The notes beneath the pieces were generated by a model. That model had not been told where the DNA came from. It saw only the letters and a program-made list of their open reading frames with translations, and did no database searches. A DNA stretch of 64,000 nucleotides, taken from contig CAWGRW010000009.1 in the NCBI GenBank assembly GCA_963825135.1, positions 800,001-864,000 on the forward strand. The letters are read 5' to 3'. Shown one piece after another: positions 9,699 through 20,662 of this stretch. Source of the DNA: an uncultured bacterium. Lineage in GTDB: Bacteria > Desulfobacterota_D > UBA1144 > Nemesobacterales > UBA2774. The translations under genes were made by a program, and so were the position numbers. Position 1 is the stretch's first letter. Every line of letters starts with the position of its first letter.

Positions 9699-10310
9699 CT
9701 ACTTTGCAGCCGCGTAATTCGAAGCGACCTGTTTCCAGTTAACGACGTTCCACCAAGCCGCAACATAGTCGGGCCTTCTGTTCTGATAGTGGAGATAATA
9801 GGCATGTTCCCACACGTCAAGCCCGAGTATGGGGGTGCTCCCCTCCGATAACGGACTATCCTGGTTTGGCGTCGATGTTAAGGCCAGCTTACCCCCTCCA
9901 TCGACCGAGAGCCATGCCCAGCCGCTTCCGAACCTTCCTGCGGCAGCCTTTGAGAACTGGTCCTTAAAGGCATCGAAACCGCCGAATGTCGATTTTATCG
10001 CCCCGGCCAGCTCGCCCGCGGGTTCTCCTCCGGCCTTCGGACCCATAATGGTCCAGAACAGGCTGTGGTTGGCGTGCCCGCCGCCGTTATTCCTGACCGC
10101 GGTCCTTATATCCTCCGGCACGGCGTTCAGATCCCTTATCAGGTCCTCAACGCTCTTCTCCGCGAGCGCGGGGTGCTTTTCAAGCGCGGCGTTTAGATTG
10201 TTAATATATGTCTGATGGTGTTTTGTATAATGAATCTCCATGGTACGGGCATCGATATGAGGCTCCAAGGCATCGTAACCATAAGGAAGCTTGGGTAATT
10301 GGTGCGGCAT
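9699..10310 (-). CDS. sodA: Superoxide dismutase, Mn-type signature
   Basis: [26 protein letters not shown]. Confidence 0.93.
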   Translation of the reverse strand: MPHQLPKLPYGYDALEPHIDARTMEIHYTKHHQTYINNLNAALEKHPALAEKSVEDLIRDLNAVPEDIRTAVRNNGGGHANHSLFWTIMGPKAGGEPAGELAGAIKSTFGGFDAFKDQFSKAAAGRFGSGWAWLSVDGGGKLALTSTPNQDSPLSEGSTPILGLDVWEHAYYLHYQNRRPDYVAAWWNVVNWKQVASNYAAAK

Positions 10311-10548
10311 TGCTTCTCCCCCTAGAACTTAATTTTTTTATGGAGAACCGATGTTTCACATTAAAAAATCGATTAAAATCACGGAAAGCCGACATTAAAA
10401 CCCTCAGGGCTTCCGTCACCCGGTTAACCTACTTATACTAACCTTAAATACTGGTCGTGTCAAAATATTTTCTGCATTACAAAAGCGGCGATTTTTATCT
10501 TCCGGCAGACCTCCGGTATATTAAACAAAGGGTCGGGGCATGCCGAGA

Positions 10549-10621
10549 TTGACAGCGCTTTTCATAACTGGTAATTTCTACCATATAGTAATATGCATAT
10601 TATGGATACATAATATCCATA
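10549..10621 (+). promoter_or_regulatory. Promoter and inverted-repeat operators of the rrf2-suf operon
   Basis: TTGACA 10549..10554; TGGTA-N5-TACCA 10569..10583; TATGGATA-N5-TATCCATA 10601..10621. Confidence 0.6.
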
Positions 10622-10634
10622 TTAGGAAATCAAT

Positions 10635-11063
10635 ATGCAGGTAACAAAGACCCTGGACTACGCGGTAAGGTCGTTAACTTATATGGGCAACGAGCCCATA
10701 GGCAAGCACAGTATGAAGGAAATTTCCGAGAACCAGCACATACCATTAAATTATCTTGCCAAGATTATGAGGAGGCTGGTTAAGAAAGGAATCGTCAAAT
10801 CGATGGTCGGGCCCTCGGGAGGATATACACTCCGCAGATCCCCGAGTGACATTAGCTTACGGGACATATATGAAGCTATAGAGGGAGAGATAAGGATAGT
10901 GGACTGCATGGATAGAAACGCTATCTGCCATTTGCACGAAACGTGCCCCCAGCTGCCGGTTTGGGACAGGGTGCAGCTATCGATGGTAAAAATACTGGAA
11001 GAGACGACACTCGCACAGATGCTTACGGAAAGAGGCGTTCGCGGCTTTGCGAGGGTGAACTAA
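10635..11063 (+). CDS. Rrf2 family (IscR-like) transcriptional regulator
   Basis: DYAVR, YLAKI, GPSGGY, three C-terminal Cys; first gene of suf operon. Confidence 0.9.
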   Translation: MQVTKTLDYAVRSLTYMGNEPIGKHSMKEISENQHIPLNYLAKIMRRLVKKGIVKSMVGPSGGYTLRRSPSDISLRDIYEAIEGEIRIVDCMDRNAICHLHETCPQLPVWDRVQLSMVKILEETTLAQMLTERGVRGFARVN

Positions 11064-11075
11064 GGAGGGTTTTAA

Positions 11076-12512
11076 ATGAGTATCGATTTAGAGAAATTGG
11101 CCGAGCAGGAATATAAATATGGGTTCTTTACGGATATCGAGCAGGAGATCGCCCCGAAAGGGCTCAATGAAGATACTATAAGGCTGATTTCGAGCAAGAA
11201 GGAAGAACCGGAATGGCTCCTCGAATGGAGATTAAAAGCCTATAAACACTGGCTTACGATGAAGGAGCCCAGGTGGGCCCACGTTTCCTTTCCCCCCATA
11301 GATTATCAGAACATAAGCTATTACGCCGCTCCCAAAGTGAAGGAAGGACCCAAGAGTCTGGACGACATAGACCCTGAGATTAGAAAAACGTACGAAAAAT
11401 TAGGCATACCGCTTGACGAGCAGATGATGCTCGCCGGGGTTGCCGTGGATGCGGTATTTGACAGCGTTTCGGTAATTACGACGTTTAAGGAAAAGCTCGC
11501 CGAGGCGGGAGTGATATTCTGCTCCATATCGGAGGCCGTGCGGGAACACCCCGAGCTCGTAAAAAAGTATCTCGGGTTCGTGGTCCCTCAACACGACAAC
11601 TTCTACGCCGCGCTTAACTCGGCGGTATTCACGGACGGCTCGTTCGTTTACATCCCCAGGGGAGTCCGCTGCCCCATGGAGCTCTCGACATACTTCAGAA
11701 TAAACGCAGAAAGCACCGGGCAGTTCGAGAGGACGCTGATAATCGCGGAGGAGGGGAGTTACGTGAGCTACCTCGAGGGGTGCACCGCGCCCAAGAGGGA
11801 CGAGAACCAGCTCCACGCCGCCGTTGTCGAGCTAATAGCCCACAAGGACGCGACGATAAAGTACTCGACTATCCAGAACTGGTATCCGGGCAACGCCGAG
11901 GGCGAGGGCGGTATCTACAACTTCGTCACCAAGAGGGGAAGGTGCGTGGGGCGGAACTCCCGCATCTCCTGGACGCAGGTGGAGACGGGCTCGGCAATCA
12001 CATGGAAATACCCGAGCTGTATACTCGAAGGCGACGATTCCACAGGGGAGTTCTACTCCGTAGCCCTCACGAACAGGCGCCAGCAGGCGGATACGGGGAC
12101 AAAAATGATACACATAGGAAAGAACACGAGCAGCACTATAGTATCGAAAGGCATCTCGGCCGGCCATGGGCAGAACACGTACAGGGGCCTCGTGCAGATC
12201 GGAAAGGATGCCTCGGGCGCGCGCAACTATACGCAGTGCGATTCGATGCTGATCGGGGATAAATGCGGGGCGCACACGTTCCCGTATATAGAGGTAAAGA
12301 ATTCGACCGCTCAGATGGAGCACGAAGCCTCGACCTCGAAGATCGGCGAAGACCAGATATTTTATTGCCAGCAGCGCGGACTATCGGCGGAAAACGCTGT
12401 ATCGCTGATAGTGAACGGCTTCTGCAGGGAGGTCTTCAAGGAGCTCCCGTTCGAGTTCGCCATAGAGGCTGAAAAGCTTCTGAGCATAAGCCTAGAGGGT
12501 AGCGTCGGATAA
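11076..12512 (+). CDS. sufB: Fe-S cluster assembly protein SufB
   Basis: [35 protein letters not shown]. Confidence 0.97.
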   Translation: MSIDLEKLAEQEYKYGFFTDIEQEIAPKGLNEDTIRLISSKKEEPEWLLEWRLKAYKHWLTMKEPRWAHVSFPPIDYQNISYYAAPKVKEGPKSLDDIDPEIRKTYEKLGIPLDEQMMLAGVAVDAVFDSVSVITTFKEKLAEAGVIFCSISEAVREHPELVKKYLGFVVPQHDNFYAALNSAVFTDGSFVYIPRGVRCPMELSTYFRINAESTGQFERTLIIAEEGSYVSYLEGCTAPKRDENQLHAAVVELIAHKDATIKYSTIQNWYPGNAEGEGGIYNFVTKRGRCVGRNSRISWTQVETGSAITWKYPSCILEGDDSTGEFYSVALTNRRQQADTGTKMIHIGKNTSSTIVSKGISAGHGQNTYRGLVQIGKDASGARNYTQCDSMLIGDKCGAHTFPYIEVKNSTAQMEHEASTSKIGEDQIFYCQQRGLSAENAVSLIVNGFCREVFKELPFEFAIEAEKLLSISLEGSVG

Positions 12513-12564
12513 TAATAGCCGCCCGAAGTTGTTACCTTCAAAGAAAGAACCAAGGAGACTCGAC

Positions 12565-13329
12565 ATGTTGGAAATCAGGAATCTGCACGTAAAAGTTGCG
12601 GATCAGGAAATACTCAAAGGGCTCAATCTGAAAGTGAATGCGGGAGAAGTGCATTCGATCATGGGTCCGAACGGCTCGGGGAAGAGCACCCTGGCGCAGG
12701 TCCTCGCCGGGCGCGCATCATACGAGGTCACGGAGGGGGAAATCATATTCGAAGGGAAAGACCTCCTCGAGCTCGCCCCCGAAGAGAGGGCGTGCGAAGG
12801 GATATTCATGGCGTTTCAGTACCCGGTCGAGATACCGGGCGTAGCGAATACTTATCTCCTGAGAGAGGCGTTGAATTCTATCCGTAAATACAGGGGGCTC
12901 GAGCCTCTCAAACACGTGGAATTCGCGAGATTCGCCAAGGAAAAAATGGGCATGATGGGAATGGCGGACAACCTCCTGAAGCGCTCAGTCAACGAGGGGT
13001 TCTCGGGCGGAGAGAAAAAGAAGAACGAAATATTTCAGATGCAGATACTCGAGCCCAGGCTCGCGATTCTGGACGAGACCGATTCCGGCCTCGATATAGA
13101 CGCCCTTAAAGTGGTGGCCGACGGCGTAAACGCCCTCAGGAGCCCCGAGAGGGCGTTCATAGTGATTACTCATTATCAGAGGCTGCTCGATTACATAGTC
13201 CCTGATTTCGTGCACGTGCTCGTCAACGGACAGATAATCAAGTCGGGCGGAAAGGAGCTCGCCTTCGAGCTTGAGGACAGGGGCTACGGCTGGGTGGAAG
13301 AGGAAGCCAGGAAAGCGGTCAACAATTAA
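12565..13329 (+). CDS. sufC: Fe-S cluster assembly ATPase SufC
   Basis: GPNGSGKST, FSGGEKK, LDETDSGLDIDAL; ATG 12565 after AGGAG. Confidence 0.97.
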   Translation: MLEIRNLHVKVADQEILKGLNLKVNAGEVHSIMGPNGSGKSTLAQVLAGRASYEVTEGEIIFEGKDLLELAPEERACEGIFMAFQYPVEIPGVANTYLLREALNSIRKYRGLEPLKHVEFARFAKEKMGMMGMADNLLKRSVNEGFSGGEKKKNEIFQMQILEPRLAILDETDSGLDIDALKVVADGVNALRSPERAFIVITHYQRLLDYIVPDFVHVLVNGQIIKSGGKELAFELEDRGYGWVEEEARKAVNN

Positions 13330-13343
13330 GGAGAATTAACCAG

Positions 13344-14687
13344 ATGGGCATTAGTATTGGTAAAGAAGACGACGGTTATTCGAAGGGGTTCGAAGAGTTC
13401 AGGAAAGAGGCCCCGGGCAATGAAATGCCGTGGATGGAATCGCTCCGCGAAGAAGGGATCAGGAAATTCGCCGAGCTCGGGTTCCCCACCCCCGAAAATG
13501 AGGACTGGCGGTTCACGAACGTAACCCCCATTGCAAGGACGACTTTCAGCATAGAAAAGAACGGACACGGGCGGGTTACCCCCGGGGACTTAAACAGGTT
13601 TACATTCCCTAAATTGAAAACTATCAGGCTCGTATTCATAGACGGGTCGTATTCCCCCGAGCTGTCCGGTTCGTCGGATGTGCCCGGGGGAGTGAAGGTC
13701 CTGAGCCTGGCTTCGGCTCTGGGGAGCGAAGAAGCGCTGGTGAAAAAATATCTCTCTAAATACGCCGATTTCAGTAACGAAGCGTTCACCGCGCTCAATA
13801 CGGCGTTCATGCAGGACGGAGGGTTCGTATATATACCCCGCGGCACACTGCTTAAAGAGCCCGTGCACCTCCTCTACGTTACGGTAAAGAGCGAGCAGAC
13901 CACGATAACGAACCCGCGGAACCTCATAGTCGTAGAAGACAACTGCGAGGCCGATATCATCGAGCACTATGTATCTCTGGACGAGGGTGTTTATTTTTCG
14001 AACGTGGTGACGGAGCTCATAGTCGGCGAGAACAGCTCGGTCGGCCATTACATGATCGAATGCGAGAGCAGGAAGGCATTTAACGTCTCGACGCTCCGCG
14101 TGGAGCAGGGACGGAGCTCGAATATCCGCTCGCACTCTGTACTCCTGGGCGGAGCGCTCGTCAGAAACAACGTCCACCCGGTGCTTGCCGGGGAGGGATG
14201 CGACTCGCTCATTAACGGGCTCTTTATGTCCACGGGCAGGCAGCACATGGACAACTACATGAAGGTCGAGCACAGAAGCCCGCACTGCGAAAGCAGGCAG
14301 TTCTATAACGGAGTCCTCGACGGCAGGTCGAGGGGGGTGTTCCACGGTCGCATTATAGTGCACAAGGACGCCCAGAAGACGGACGCGAAGCAGACCAACC
14401 GCAACCTCCTGCTCTCCGACAACGCGCAGATCGATACGAAGCCGCAGCTCGAGATCTACGCCGACGACGTAAAATGCACCCACGGTGCGACTATAGGACA
14501 GATGGACGAGAACGCGATATTTTACCTCCGCTCGCGCGGGATTAGCGAGGACGCGGCAAGGGAGATACTCCTTGGCGCGTTCACGAGCGCCACGCTCGAA
14601 AGCATGCGGCTGGAAGAGATCAGACATTACTGTGAAGCGCTGGTATCCGAATGGTTCGACCGGCGAAAACATCCAGAAGCAAATTAA
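13344..14687 (+). CDS. sufD: Fe-S cluster assembly protein SufD
   Basis: EDWRFT, KPQLEIYADDVKCTHGATIG, FYLRSRG. Confidence 0.95.
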   Translation: MGISIGKEDDGYSKGFEEFRKEAPGNEMPWMESLREEGIRKFAELGFPTPENEDWRFTNVTPIARTTFSIEKNGHGRVTPGDLNRFTFPKLKTIRLVFIDGSYSPELSGSSDVPGGVKVLSLASALGSEEALVKKYLSKYADFSNEAFTALNTAFMQDGGFVYIPRGTLLKEPVHLLYVTVKSEQTTITNPRNLIVVEDNCEADIIEHYVSLDEGVYFSNVVTELIVGENSSVGHYMIECESRKAFNVSTLRVEQGRSSNIRSHSVLLGGALVRNNVHPVLAGEGCDSLINGLFMSTGRQHMDNYMKVEHRSPHCESRQFYNGVLDGRSRGVFHGRIIVHKDAQKTDAKQTNRNLLLSDNAQIDTKPQLEIYADDVKCTHGATIGQMDENAIFYLRSRGISEDAAREILLGAFTSATLESMRLEEIRHYCEALVSEWFDRRKHPEAN

Positions 14688-14724
14688 AACACAAACTCCA
14701 GAACAAACCCGCGAGACTAATGCG

Positions 14725-15039
14725 ATGGCAGAGTATGAAAAGATAGCAAAGACTTCGGACGTCCCGCCCGGGGAGGTGAGGTCCTTTGCCCTCGGGAGCG
14801 AAACGGTCGCCGTATGCAACGTGGACGGCCGTTTTTACGCGTTCAGGGACGAATGCACGCACCAGGCCTACCCGCTTTCAGACGGCATACTCGAGGGCAG
14901 GAAACTCACCTGCATCTACCACGGGGCCGAGTTCGACGTCGAAACGGGCGATGCCCTCTGCCTCCCCGCGACCGATGCGGTCGAAACATATAGCGTAAAA
15001 GTGGAAGGGGACGATATCTACGTCCTGATCGAGGATTAA
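14725..15039 (+). CDS. Rieske-type ferredoxin
   Basis: CTH...CIYH ligands; start MAEYEK at ATG 14725. Confidence 0.9.
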   Translation: MAEYEKIAKTSDVPPGEVRSFALGSETVAVCNVDGRFYAFRDECTHQAYPLSDGILEGRKLTCIYHGAEFDVETGDALCLPATDAVETYSVKVEGDDIYVLIED

Positions 15040-15117
15040 ACTTATTTCAATTCCATTACGCCAATCCCTTTAAGAGTCAGTTTGGTGAGGCATTCTCAAT
15101 ATAAAGCTCCCGAGAAT

Positions 15118-15474
15118 ATGAACATCCGAATAAAACGCGTCTACGATAAACCGGAAGCCGGGGACGGCGTCCGTATATTGGTGGAGAGGCTCTGGCCGAG
15201 AGGGCTGTCGAAGAAAGAGGCTAAAGTGGATATCTGGTTAAAGGAAATAGCGCCTTCGACTGGGCTCCGCAAATGGTTCTCCCACGACCCCGCGAAATGG
15301 GAGGAGTTCAGGAGACGCTACTATAGCGAGCTGGATCAAAACGGGGATGCGGTAAATGAGTTATTAGGGATTACGGAGGGAAGAGACGTCGCTTTCGTCT
15401 ACGGCTCGAGGGAAAAGGTGTATAACAGCGCCATAGCGCTGAAATCATACATTGAGAGGCTTGTTAAAACCTAA
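15118..15474 (+). CDS. DUF488 (YeaO-like) protein
   Basis: IKRVY, RILVERLWPRG, EIAPSTGLRKWF. Confidence 0.9.
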   Translation: MNIRIKRVYDKPEAGDGVRILVERLWPRGLSKKEAKVDIWLKEIAPSTGLRKWFSHDPAKWEEFRRRYYSELDQNGDAVNELLGITEGRDVAFVYGSREKVYNSAIALKSYIERLVKT

Positions 15475-16196
15475 ATCGCCTGCTGAGCCGTAAGCTGCAT
15501 GCCCGCTTTGGCTACCTCCCCGAATTCCGAGAACTTCTTCAGGCGAACGCCGTGATTATCAACCGTAACATAATGGCAATGCCTGTCGCTCCAGCAGCCG
15601 GTGTTGAAGTACTCTACCCCGCTCTCCTTGATGTTATCAGCCCGGTGCGTGTGACCGCAGAAAACAAAATCCGCGCCTTTATTCTTAGCGTATTCGATAG
15701 CGCCGTCGGTCACTATGCCGGAGGAGCGCTTCCACGAGCCATTCTCGAAACAGAGGTCGTGGAATATGTCTCTTTCGGTCATGATGTCGATCCTCCTCAG
15801 CGACCTGTACAACCAGCCCGCGCAGGAGGGAAGGAAGTTATTTTCCCTGCAATATTGATCGAACTGATGACCGTGTATGGCGAGGAACCTCTTCCCGTTC
15901 ACTCCCCATTCGAGCTCTTTTACGGCCTCGATGTTCAGGAGGGACGGGATGGTATCGTATAACCCTTCGTCGTGGTTCCCCTCCACCCATATTATCTCGC
16001 TCTGACGGGTCATGCTTCTGATAAGGTCGAGGAAATCCCATTCGTCCTCGCGGAGCCTGACGGCGTGAGACTTATCGAAGAGGTCACCGAGAATTATCAG
16101 CCTGCTGAAACTGACGGACCTCAGGAACGCAGACAATTCTTTTGCCTTATTAAAACTAGACCCCAGGTGTACATCGGAGACTATAAGTGTTGTCAT
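15471..16196 (-). CDS. Metallophosphoesterase, LpxH2/PlcP-like
   Basis: SDVHLG, GDLFD, GNHD, HGHQFD, CGHTH, NTGCW. Confidence 0.85.
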   Translation of the reverse strand: MTTLIVSDVHLGSSFNKAKELSAFLRSVSFSRLIILGDLFDKSHAVRLREDEWDFLDLIRSMTRQSEIIWVEGNHDEGLYDTIPSLLNIEAVKELEWGVNGKRFLAIHGHQFDQYCRENNFLPSCAGWLYRSLRRIDIMTERDIFHDLCFENGSWKRSSGIVTDGAIEYAKNKGADFVFCGHTHRADNIKESGVEYFNTGCWSDRHCHYVTVDNHGVRLKKFSEFGEVAKAGMQLTAQQAI

Positions 16197-16314
16197 AGTG
16201 TATCCATCATCCTCCTTTGAATTGTCGGTATCGGCAGGCGCGGTACCCCGCTCACCGCCGTGTCATCGTCCATATAGTCAAGACCGATCATACTATTGTT
16301 ATAACGGATGTTAT

Positions 16315-16351
16315 TTAAGGGAGTTTTAGGGTTTGTTTAAGGATGTGTTAA
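16315..16351 (-). promoter_or_regulatory. Four 11-bp-period direct repeats (OmpR/PhoB-family box candidate)
   Basis: TTAA/TTAG at 16315, 16326, 16337, 16348; shares TTAAGGATGTGTTAA with 22501..22515. Confidence 0.6.
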
Positions 16352-16592
16352 AAAGAGCGATAAATAGAGAAAATACGTGCCGAATTCGAATATTAGCAGC
16401 CGAATTTAATGCAGGATGTAAAGTCTGGAGGAGCTCCGAACAATCCCCGGACTCCTCCGAGAGGGATTTATTAGCGCGTGAGTGGGAGAAGCGGGAGCCG
16501 GGCCTTTATTCGGTGCCGAAGCCCTGTGAGGAGTCAAGCCCGGCGAGCTCAGTGAATACCCTGAAAGAGTATCGGTTATCCCTTTCGGGCAC

Positions 16593-18296
16593 TCAATCCG
16601 TCACCGCGCCTTCCGACGCGGACGATACGAGCTTCGCGTATTTTGCGAGCGCGCCCCTCTCGGCCTTGGGTTTCGGCTTCTTCCACTCAGAGAGACGCCT
16701 TTTTATTTCGCTCTTCGGGATTTCGAGATTTATCTCTCTCTTAATGGCGTCGATCGTTATGGTGTCGCCGTTCTTGATTATGGCAATCGCTCCGCCGTCG
16801 AAGGCTTCAGGGGTAATGTGGCCGACGACAAAACCGTGCGTCCCTCCCGAGAACCTCCCGTCCGTGATCAGGGCCACGTCCTTGCCCAATCCCTTTCCCA
16901 TAGCGGCAGAGGTCGGAGAGAGCATCTCTCTCATTCCGGGACCGCCGCGCGGACCCTCGTACCGGATTACTATCACGTGCCCCTTTTTAACCTTTCCGCC
17001 GAGAATCGCCTTCAATGCATCTTCCTCCGAGTCGAATACTATTGCTTTACCGGTGAACGAAACCCCTTCCTGCCCCGAGATCTTCGCGACCGCGCCCTCG
17101 GCCGCGAGGTTCCCCCTGAGGATCACAATATGGCTGTCTTTCTTGAGGGGATTTCCGACCGGACGGACGATCTCCTGACCCTTCGGATAGCTCCCCGCGT
17201 GCATCAGATTCTCCTTTACCGTTTTCCCCGTTACAGTGAGGCAATCGCCGTGAATGAGCCCCTCGTCGAGAAGCATTTTCATGAGCGGAGTGAGGCCCCC
17301 TATCCTGCAGAAGTCGGCCATCATGAACCTGCCGCTGGGCTTGAGGTCGGCAAGGACCGGCGCCCTTTTCCCTATGCGCGTAAAGTCGTCGATCGAGAGC
17401 CTGACATTCGATGCGTTAGCCATGGCGAGCAGGTGCAGGACGGCGTTCGTCGACCCGCCGAGCGCAATGACGACGGTTATCGCGTTCTCGAAAGCCTTGC
17501 GGGTCATTATGTCTCTCGGGCGTATATTATTCTTTATCATGCTGACCACGGCTGCTCCCGCATTGATACAGTCTTTTTTCTTTTCCTCGGAGATCGCGGC
17601 CTGAGCCGAGCTGTTCGGCAGACTCATCCCCAGGGCCTCGATTGCGGACGCCATCGTATTTGCCGTGTACATGCCGCCGCAGGAGCCCGGACCCGGAATC
17701 GCATGGGTTTCGATACTCCTGAGCTGCCCGTCCGAGATGTCTTTATTCGCGTGTGCGCCGACAGCCTCGAAAACCGATACGATATCGACGGGCTTGCCGT
17801 TATAGAACCCGGGCATTATAGTCCCTCCGTAAACGAATACGGAAGGCCTGTTGAGTCGCGCCATCGCGATCACGCACCCGGGCATGTTTTTATCGCAGCC
17901 GCCTATGGCGACGACGCCGTCGAACCCCTCGGCTCCGGCTACTGTCTCGATAGAATCCGCAATTACCTCTCTTGAAACGAGTGAATACCTCATCCCGGGC
18001 GTACCCATGGATATGCCGTCTGACACGGTTATCGTGTTGAATATGATTGCTTTCCCTCCAGCTTTGTCGGCCCCGTGCGCCGCGTCCAATGCAAGCTTGT
18101 CAATATGCATATTGCACGGGGTCACCATGCTCCATGTAGACGCGATACCGATAACGGGTTTCAGAAAATCCTTGTCCTTAAATCCCACGGCTCTCAACAT
18201 GGAGCGGTTGGGGGCTCTGTCCGCCCCTTCCACGACGATCGAAGAGTACTTCCGCAGCTTATCTGATTTCATATCCGGGCGTGGTTTCTTGTCCAA
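16593..18296 (-). CDS. ilvD: Dihydroxy-acid dehydratase
   Basis: [44 protein letters not shown]. Confidence 0.97.
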   Translation of the reverse strand: MDKKPRPDMKSDKLRKYSSIVVEGADRAPNRSMLRAVGFKDKDFLKPVIGIASTWSMVTPCNMHIDKLALDAAHGADKAGGKAIIFNTITVSDGISMGTPGMRYSLVSREVIADSIETVAGAEGFDGVVAIGGCDKNMPGCVIAMARLNRPSVFVYGGTIMPGFYNGKPVDIVSVFEAVGAHANKDISDGQLRSIETHAIPGPGSCGGMYTANTMASAIEALGMSLPNSSAQAAISEEKKKDCINAGAAVVSMIKNNIRPRDIMTRKAFENAITVVIALGGSTNAVLHLLAMANASNVRLSIDDFTRIGKRAPVLADLKPSGRFMMADFCRIGGLTPLMKMLLDEGLIHGDCLTVTGKTVKENLMHAGSYPKGQEIVRPVGNPLKKDSHIVILRGNLAAEGAVAKISGQEGVSFTGKAIVFDSEEDALKAILGGKVKKGHVIVIRYEGPRGGPGMREMLSPTSAAMGKGLGKDVALITDGRFSGGTHGFVVGHITPEAFDGGAIAIIKNGDTITIDAIKREINLEIPKSEIKRRLSEWKKPKPKAERGALAKYAKLVSSASEGAVTD

Positions 18297-18513
18297 CTTA
18301 AGCCTCCTGTCTAAGCCATAATGATGATTAAATAATTATCAACGTATTCCTTTTTCATGTCAATTGTGTGCTCCCGGTCAAAAAAAACGTTGAAAGTGCC
18401 CGTACAGACGGGCTATCATCTAAATAGAGACGGGAGGAGGCATGGACGGCCGAGGGTCTCGGAATTGTGCAATAGAACCCGCGGCCGGAGCTCATCTGCG
18501 GAGGGCATGCGCT

Positions 18514-18969
18514 ATGAAAGCATTGATAATAACCGTACTCGCAGGAGTGATCGGGACTGCGGGCATGAGCATTTTAATGTGGGGGATGACCCGCTCCGGA
18601 ATCGCGAATGCTGCAATGATACGGGCAATCGGCAGCCTGTTCACGCAGACCTATGAAGACTCGTTCGGACCCGGTCTCGTAGCCCATTTCGTTGTCGGAA
18701 TTATCATCGCGTTCGTTTATATCGCACTGATAAGTCTCTTCGCGCCGACCTCTCTGGCCGGGACAATTGCGCTCGGAGGAATGATCGGGTTTGCTCACGG
18801 GGTCGCCTTCGGATTTACACTCGTGGTCGCCGTAGCCGAGCACCACCCGCTCGAACAATTCAGGAACGCGGGCCTGGAAGTGGCAGTAGCGCATTTACTC
18901 GGTCATGTCGTATACGGAGTCCTCGTGGGTCTTGTCGTCGGCCTGACTGGCGTCAGGTTCTTCACGTGA
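18514..18969 (+). CDS. Four-TM membrane protein of unknown function
   Basis: Four hydrophobic helices with intramembrane His; ends AHLLGHVVYG. Confidence 0.7.
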   Translation: MKALIITVLAGVIGTAGMSILMWGMTRSGIANAAMIRAIGSLFTQTYEDSFGPGLVAHFVVGIIIAFVYIALISLFAPTSLAGTIALGGMIGFAHGVAFGFTLVVAVAEHHPLEQFRNAGLEVAVAHLLGHVVYGVLVGLVVGLTGVRFFT

Positions 18970-18986
18970 AACGAATCGGGACTGAT

Positions 18987-20159
18987 TTAAGAAGATCCTG
19001 CTAAAGCCTTATCCATCGCCCCGAATAGCTTTAAAATCTCCTCTTCGGTATTGTAAAAGTGCGGAGCGATTCTTAACGCTCCCCCTCTGTTATTAACGAC
19101 AATATTCGATTCCCTCAGTTTCTTTTTCATCTGCACCGGATCGAAATTCCCGGAATAGGAGACGATACCGCCCCGTTCGTCCCGCCCCCGCGGGGTCCTG
19201 ACCTGAAATCCCCTGTTCTCGGCCTCGTCCATGATCATATCGCCCAGGTCGTGAACCCTCGCTTCGACATTCCCGATTCCGATTTCGAATAAGAGCTCGA
19301 TTGCTGCGCCTAACGCCGTGATCCCCATTACATTGAAAGAGCCCTCCTCAAACTTGAGCGCATTTTCCTTGAGCGTAAAATTGATATTCTCATAATCATA
19401 GTCGCCCTTTACGGATTTCCATCCGATTAAGTACGGCCTCAATTCCCTGGCGCGCTCCTTCCTGCAATAGAATATGCCTGTCCCTTCCGGGGCAAGGAGC
19501 CATTTGTGGCCGTCGGCGGCGAGGAAATCCGCCCCGGCTTCCCTGACGTCCATGGGAACGACCCCGAGGCTCTGAATAGCATCGACAAAGAAGAGAACCC
19601 CTCTGCGGCGGCAGAGGGCGCCTAATTCCCGGAGGTCTATCTTGAAGCCGTTTAATGACTGTACGGAGCTCATTGAAACCAGCCTGGTCCGCCCGTCCAT
19701 TAGGCCCTCGACATCGTCCATCCTGACACGGTCGTCCCGGAGCGGAATGAACCTGACTTCCACCCCTTTTCTTTCCAGGTCGAGCCAGGGATAGATATTG
19801 GAGGGGAATTCCTTCTCGAAAACCACCACATTGTCACCCTCCTGCCATTCGAGCCCGGCCGAGACGATGGAAATGCCGTGAGAGGTGTTTTTTATAAAAG
19901 CTATCTCCTCCCTTTCCGCTCCAATGAGTCTCGCGGATAGACCCCTTACCGCTTCGACCCTCTCCATCCACCCCTCATAGCTCATTATGGCTCTATCCGT
20001 CGCTTCTTTAAGGAATTTATCTATTTCTCTTACTACCCTAAGCGACACCGGGGCCACACCTGCGTGGTCGAGATATATGCCTGTCTTCACTATAGGGAAT
20101 TCTTCCCTGTAGCTTTCTATGGAGTCCCGATCGATTCCGAGGTGCTGATTATCACCCAT
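18987..20159 (-). CDS. Class V PLP-dependent enzyme
   Basis: YLDHAG, VDAIQSLG, DGHKWLLAP, RIAPHFYN; no desulfurase Cys loop visible. Confidence 0.88.
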   Translation of the reverse strand: MGDNQHLGIDRDSIESYREEFPIVKTGIYLDHAGVAPVSLRVVREIDKFLKEATDRAIMSYEGWMERVEAVRGLSARLIGAEREEIAFIKNTSHGISIVSAGLEWQEGDNVVVFEKEFPSNIYPWLDLERKGVEVRFIPLRDDRVRMDDVEGLMDGRTRLVSMSSVQSLNGFKIDLRELGALCRRRGVLFFVDAIQSLGVVPMDVREAGADFLAADGHKWLLAPEGTGIFYCRKERARELRPYLIGWKSVKGDYDYENINFTLKENALKFEEGSFNVMGITALGAAIELLFEIGIGNVEARVHDLGDMIMDEAENRGFQVRTPRGRDERGGIVSYSGNFDPVQMKKKLRESNIVVNNRGGALRIAPHFYNTEEEILKLFGAMDKALAGSS

Positions 20160-20285
20160 CTCGGGATAAAGCTAACTCATAGAGCGCCGGCTATCAATTA
20201 GATAATTCGAAAATACTATTTGACAAATTTAAAAAAACGTGCAATAGTAACGATTTGAAGTAGATTTTAGGAGGAATAGAGCTTA

Positions 20286-20501
20286 ATGCAGGGTAAAGTA
20301 AAGTGGTTTAATAGCTCCAAAGGTTACGGGTTCATCCAGTCGGATGAAATTGGCAAGGACGTGTTCGTCCACTACAGCGTTATCGAAGGCGACGGATACA
20401 AAAGCCTTGCCGAGGGTGAGTCCGTAGAATTTGACATAACTGAAGGGCCGAAGGGACCCCAGGCAACGAAAGTAGTCAAGTTGAGCTCGGGCCAGGCCTG
20501 A
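20286..20501 (+). CDS. Cold-shock domain protein
   Basis: KWFN, KGYGFI, VFVHYS, GPKGPQA. Confidence 0.96.
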   Translation: MQGKVKWFNSSKGYGFIQSDEIGKDVFVHYSVIEGDGYKSLAEGESVEFDITEGPKGPQATKVVKLSSGQA

Positions 20502-20662
20502 TAGTCATAACGGTTTACGAATAGCAAGCGCGTTCTTTCTCCAAGAGGATTCCACCAAAATTGCTAATCCGGATATCTTTGTCCGTTTTTTTGTACAAAC
20601 AGACAGGGGTGCTCGTGTATTTACTTGACAGAGTAATTTAATGCCCGCAATATTTTAATAGC

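Noticed and set aside
13590..14819. Long antisense or alternate-frame ORFs (also 16818..17975, 48340..49464, 43608..44489 and many others)
   Set aside because: Shadows of well-supported genes in GC-rich coding sequence; no motifs
18958..18973. parS-like sequence TTCTTCACGTGAAACG
   Set aside because: Three mismatches to TGTTTCACGTGAAACA, single copy, overlaps a stop codon
18987..20159. Calling the class V PLP enzyme sufS
   Set aside because: No RxGHHC or SSGSAC catalytic Cys motif, and not in the suf operon
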